Below the pieces are notes generated by a model. The model saw only the letters and a list, made by a program, of their open reading frames with translations, did not search any database and was not told the DNA's origin. Below are positions 17,245 to 18,858 of a stretch of DNA of 18,858 nt, piece by piece. Source of the stretch: Macrostomum lignano. Lineage: Eukaryota. Where the stretch lies: positions 1-18,858 of the forward strand of contig NIVC01005239.1 in NCBI GenBank assembly GCA_002269645.1, read 5' to 3'. Every line of letters begins with the position of its first letter. Within the stretch, counting starts at the first letter, position 1. Made by a program: the position numbers and the translations under genes.

Positions 17245-17490
17245 GATGGGGATAATATGGATGGATATTAGGTGGATTATAATCGAAGTTTTCGGAGCAA
17301 GTGCGGCCCCTCTTTTTTCTGATTCTGTCGGGGATAATATGGATGGATTTAATGGGATTATGGAGGACGTTTTGTGAGCGAGTGCGACCCCCTTTTTTTC
17401 TGATTCTGTCAGGGATAATATGGATGGATTTAGATGGATTATGGAGGAGGTGAAAAATTTTGTCCCAGAAGCCCCCTCATGCATTCTACT
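17245..17490 (-). repeat. Right terminal inverted repeat with three 81-bp subterminal units
   Basis: The reverse complement begins AGTAGAATGCATGAGGGGGCTTCTGG. Unit anchors at 17443, 17362 and 17281 give an 81-bp period. Confidence 0.92.
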
Positions 17491-17994
17491 GTGGTTTATC
17501 TGCAGCTAGTTTGCAATGGACAAGAAGCAATTGAGTCTTCTCAATGCTTGAATTAGCAGTACCGTGCATGTGATAGTCGCATCACAATCGATCAGTATTC
17601 TGCAATGAGAAATGTTGGTGAGTTTTTCTGGCTTTGCAATCAATGCAATAGACGGGCTCCTGCAGGTAATTTAGCAGTGTCTCAAATGTCTCTTAGTGCC
17701 AGTGGGCAGTAGGGGTTTGCACATTGCTTGTGAAGTTATGCTCCCTTCCTCAAGAGCCTTATTCCTTTCTTCTTTCTCTGCCCCTGTCACTGCTTGGTTG
17801 TATAGGTGCCATCAACCTCAATTGGGTATGTGGACATACAAAAGTTCACGTTGTTCTCAACCCCATTCCACTATAGTTTTTATCTAATGTGACCAAGCCA
17901 GGTACTTTTAGTGCAGGGTCGGCAAACTTTTTACCTCAATTGAGAACTCATGTAGCTCATGACTGCCTTCTGGGTCTGCTTTGTTGGGCCCCTT

Positions 17995-18435
17995 AAGCAA
18001 AGCGAGGAGTCCTGATGACAATGGGCCAGAGGTAAGGAGAGAGGGTAAGGAATAGAGAAGAGAAATACAAGCATAGGATAAAGGAGAGGCAAAGGAATAA
18101 AGGAGAGGCAAAGGAATAAAGGAGAAGAGAGTTGATAAGAGGAGAGATTAAATACGAGTGGAGAGAGAGGAGAAGGGAGATTAATGGAGAAGAGAGAGGA
18201 AGAAAGGAAGAAGAGAATGAAGAGGAAAAGGGGGATGAAAGGAATGAGGTGAGGAGAGAGGAGAGGATAGAGGTGAGGAGAGAAAAGAGGTGAGGAGAGG
18301 AGAGAGGAGAGGGCAGAGATGAGAGAGAGAACAGATGAGAGGAGAGGGCAGAGATGAAAAGAGAAAGATGAGAGGAGAAGGCAGAGTTGAGAGAGAAAAG
18401 ATAAGAGACGAGAGTGCAGAGATAAGAGACAAGAG
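17995..18435. repeat. Purine-rich (GA) low-complexity tract, host flank
   Basis: Almost exclusively G/A (gaggagaggagagg...), with short internal duplications such as gataaaggagaggcaaaggaataaaggagaggcaaag. Confidence 0.9.
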
Positions 18436-18589
18436 GGCACTCCAATTTTTGCTTACTTCTATCATAACTAATATTATCTTTAGGCAATCCTTCGGTTTCC
18501 CGCTCTAAATTATTTCAATGTGATATTATGATATATTTAAAGAGTTTGAATGGCGATTCTAAAATAATTCTAAAATGATCCATTCCAAT

Positions 18590-18707
18590 TCTGAAGTTAA
18601 TGATCCCGATTCTGAAGCAAATGATTTTGATTCTAAAGTGAATGATCCCAACCCAGAAGTGAATTTTCCCAATCCTGAAGTGAAAGATCCTGATTCCAAA
18701 GTGAAAG
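18590..18707 (+). repeat. Degenerate 21-bp tandem repeat, host flank
   Basis: Units tgatcccgattctgaagcaaa / tgattttgattctaaagtgaa / tgatcccaacccagaagtgaa / ttttcccaatcctgaagtgaa / agatcctgattccaaagtgaa. Confidence 0.75.
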
Positions 18708-18858
18708 GTTTTTATTTTGATTAGCCACTACTATCTACTGTAGTGCGACTGATTGACTAACTAACTAGCTTCCTGTATTGTATTTTTCATTTTTTGTTAT
18801 GCTCACCTCTGTTGTGCTATTCAAACTTGTTTTATAGTAAATATCTAATGTTAAAACA

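Larger units (their letters stand above)
1162..17490. mobile_element. Polinton/Maverick (adintovirus-like) endogenous virus, apparently full length, many genes frameshifted
   Basis: Inverted termini AGTAGAATGCATGAGGGGGCTTCTGG at 1162 and its reverse complement ending at 17490. Encodes pPolB, DDE integrase, packaging ATPase, adenain protease, MCP and mCP, the diagnostic Polinton gene set. Confidence 0.96.

Noticed and set aside
17914-17932. CAGGGTCGGCAAACTTTTT resembling a hAT/Charlie terminal repeat
   Set aside because: No partner inverted end or 8-bp TSD is visible in the window, so the match is too short to call.
17908-18487. Four minus-strand Leu/Ser/Pro-rich ORFs
   Set aside because: They arise from the stop-poor CT-rich strand of the GA low-complexity tract.

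Overview
The window holds an apparently full-length Polinton/Maverick (adintovirus-like) endogenous dsDNA virus of about 16.3 kb (1162..17490, ends 5'-AGTAGAATG...CATTCTACT-3') in eukaryotic-looking host DNA. The host flanks contain a 79-bp minisatellite on the left and a GA-rich tract on the right. All core modules are recognisable by motif: minor and major capsid proteins, PZ-like protein, A32-type packaging ATPase, adenain-like cysteine protease, protein-primed PolB (with vOTU-like and EndoVII-like domains), DDE integrase, a parvovirus-type PLA2, and adenovirus pX-like and pVI-like peptides. Most core genes are broken by single-base frameshifts. The most striking unexplained structure is in the right accessory arm: a perfect 4-unit heat-shock element, a TATA box, an intact 89-aa ORF, a 3'UTR of hairpin-rich ~139-bp repeats and a single distal AATAAA. 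Together these look like a heat/stress-inducible Pol II transcription unit inside an endogenous virus. Both arms also carry a diverged, intact ~80-aa paralogue in inverted orientation. All assignments come from manual motif reading; no database search was run and the host species cannot be determined.
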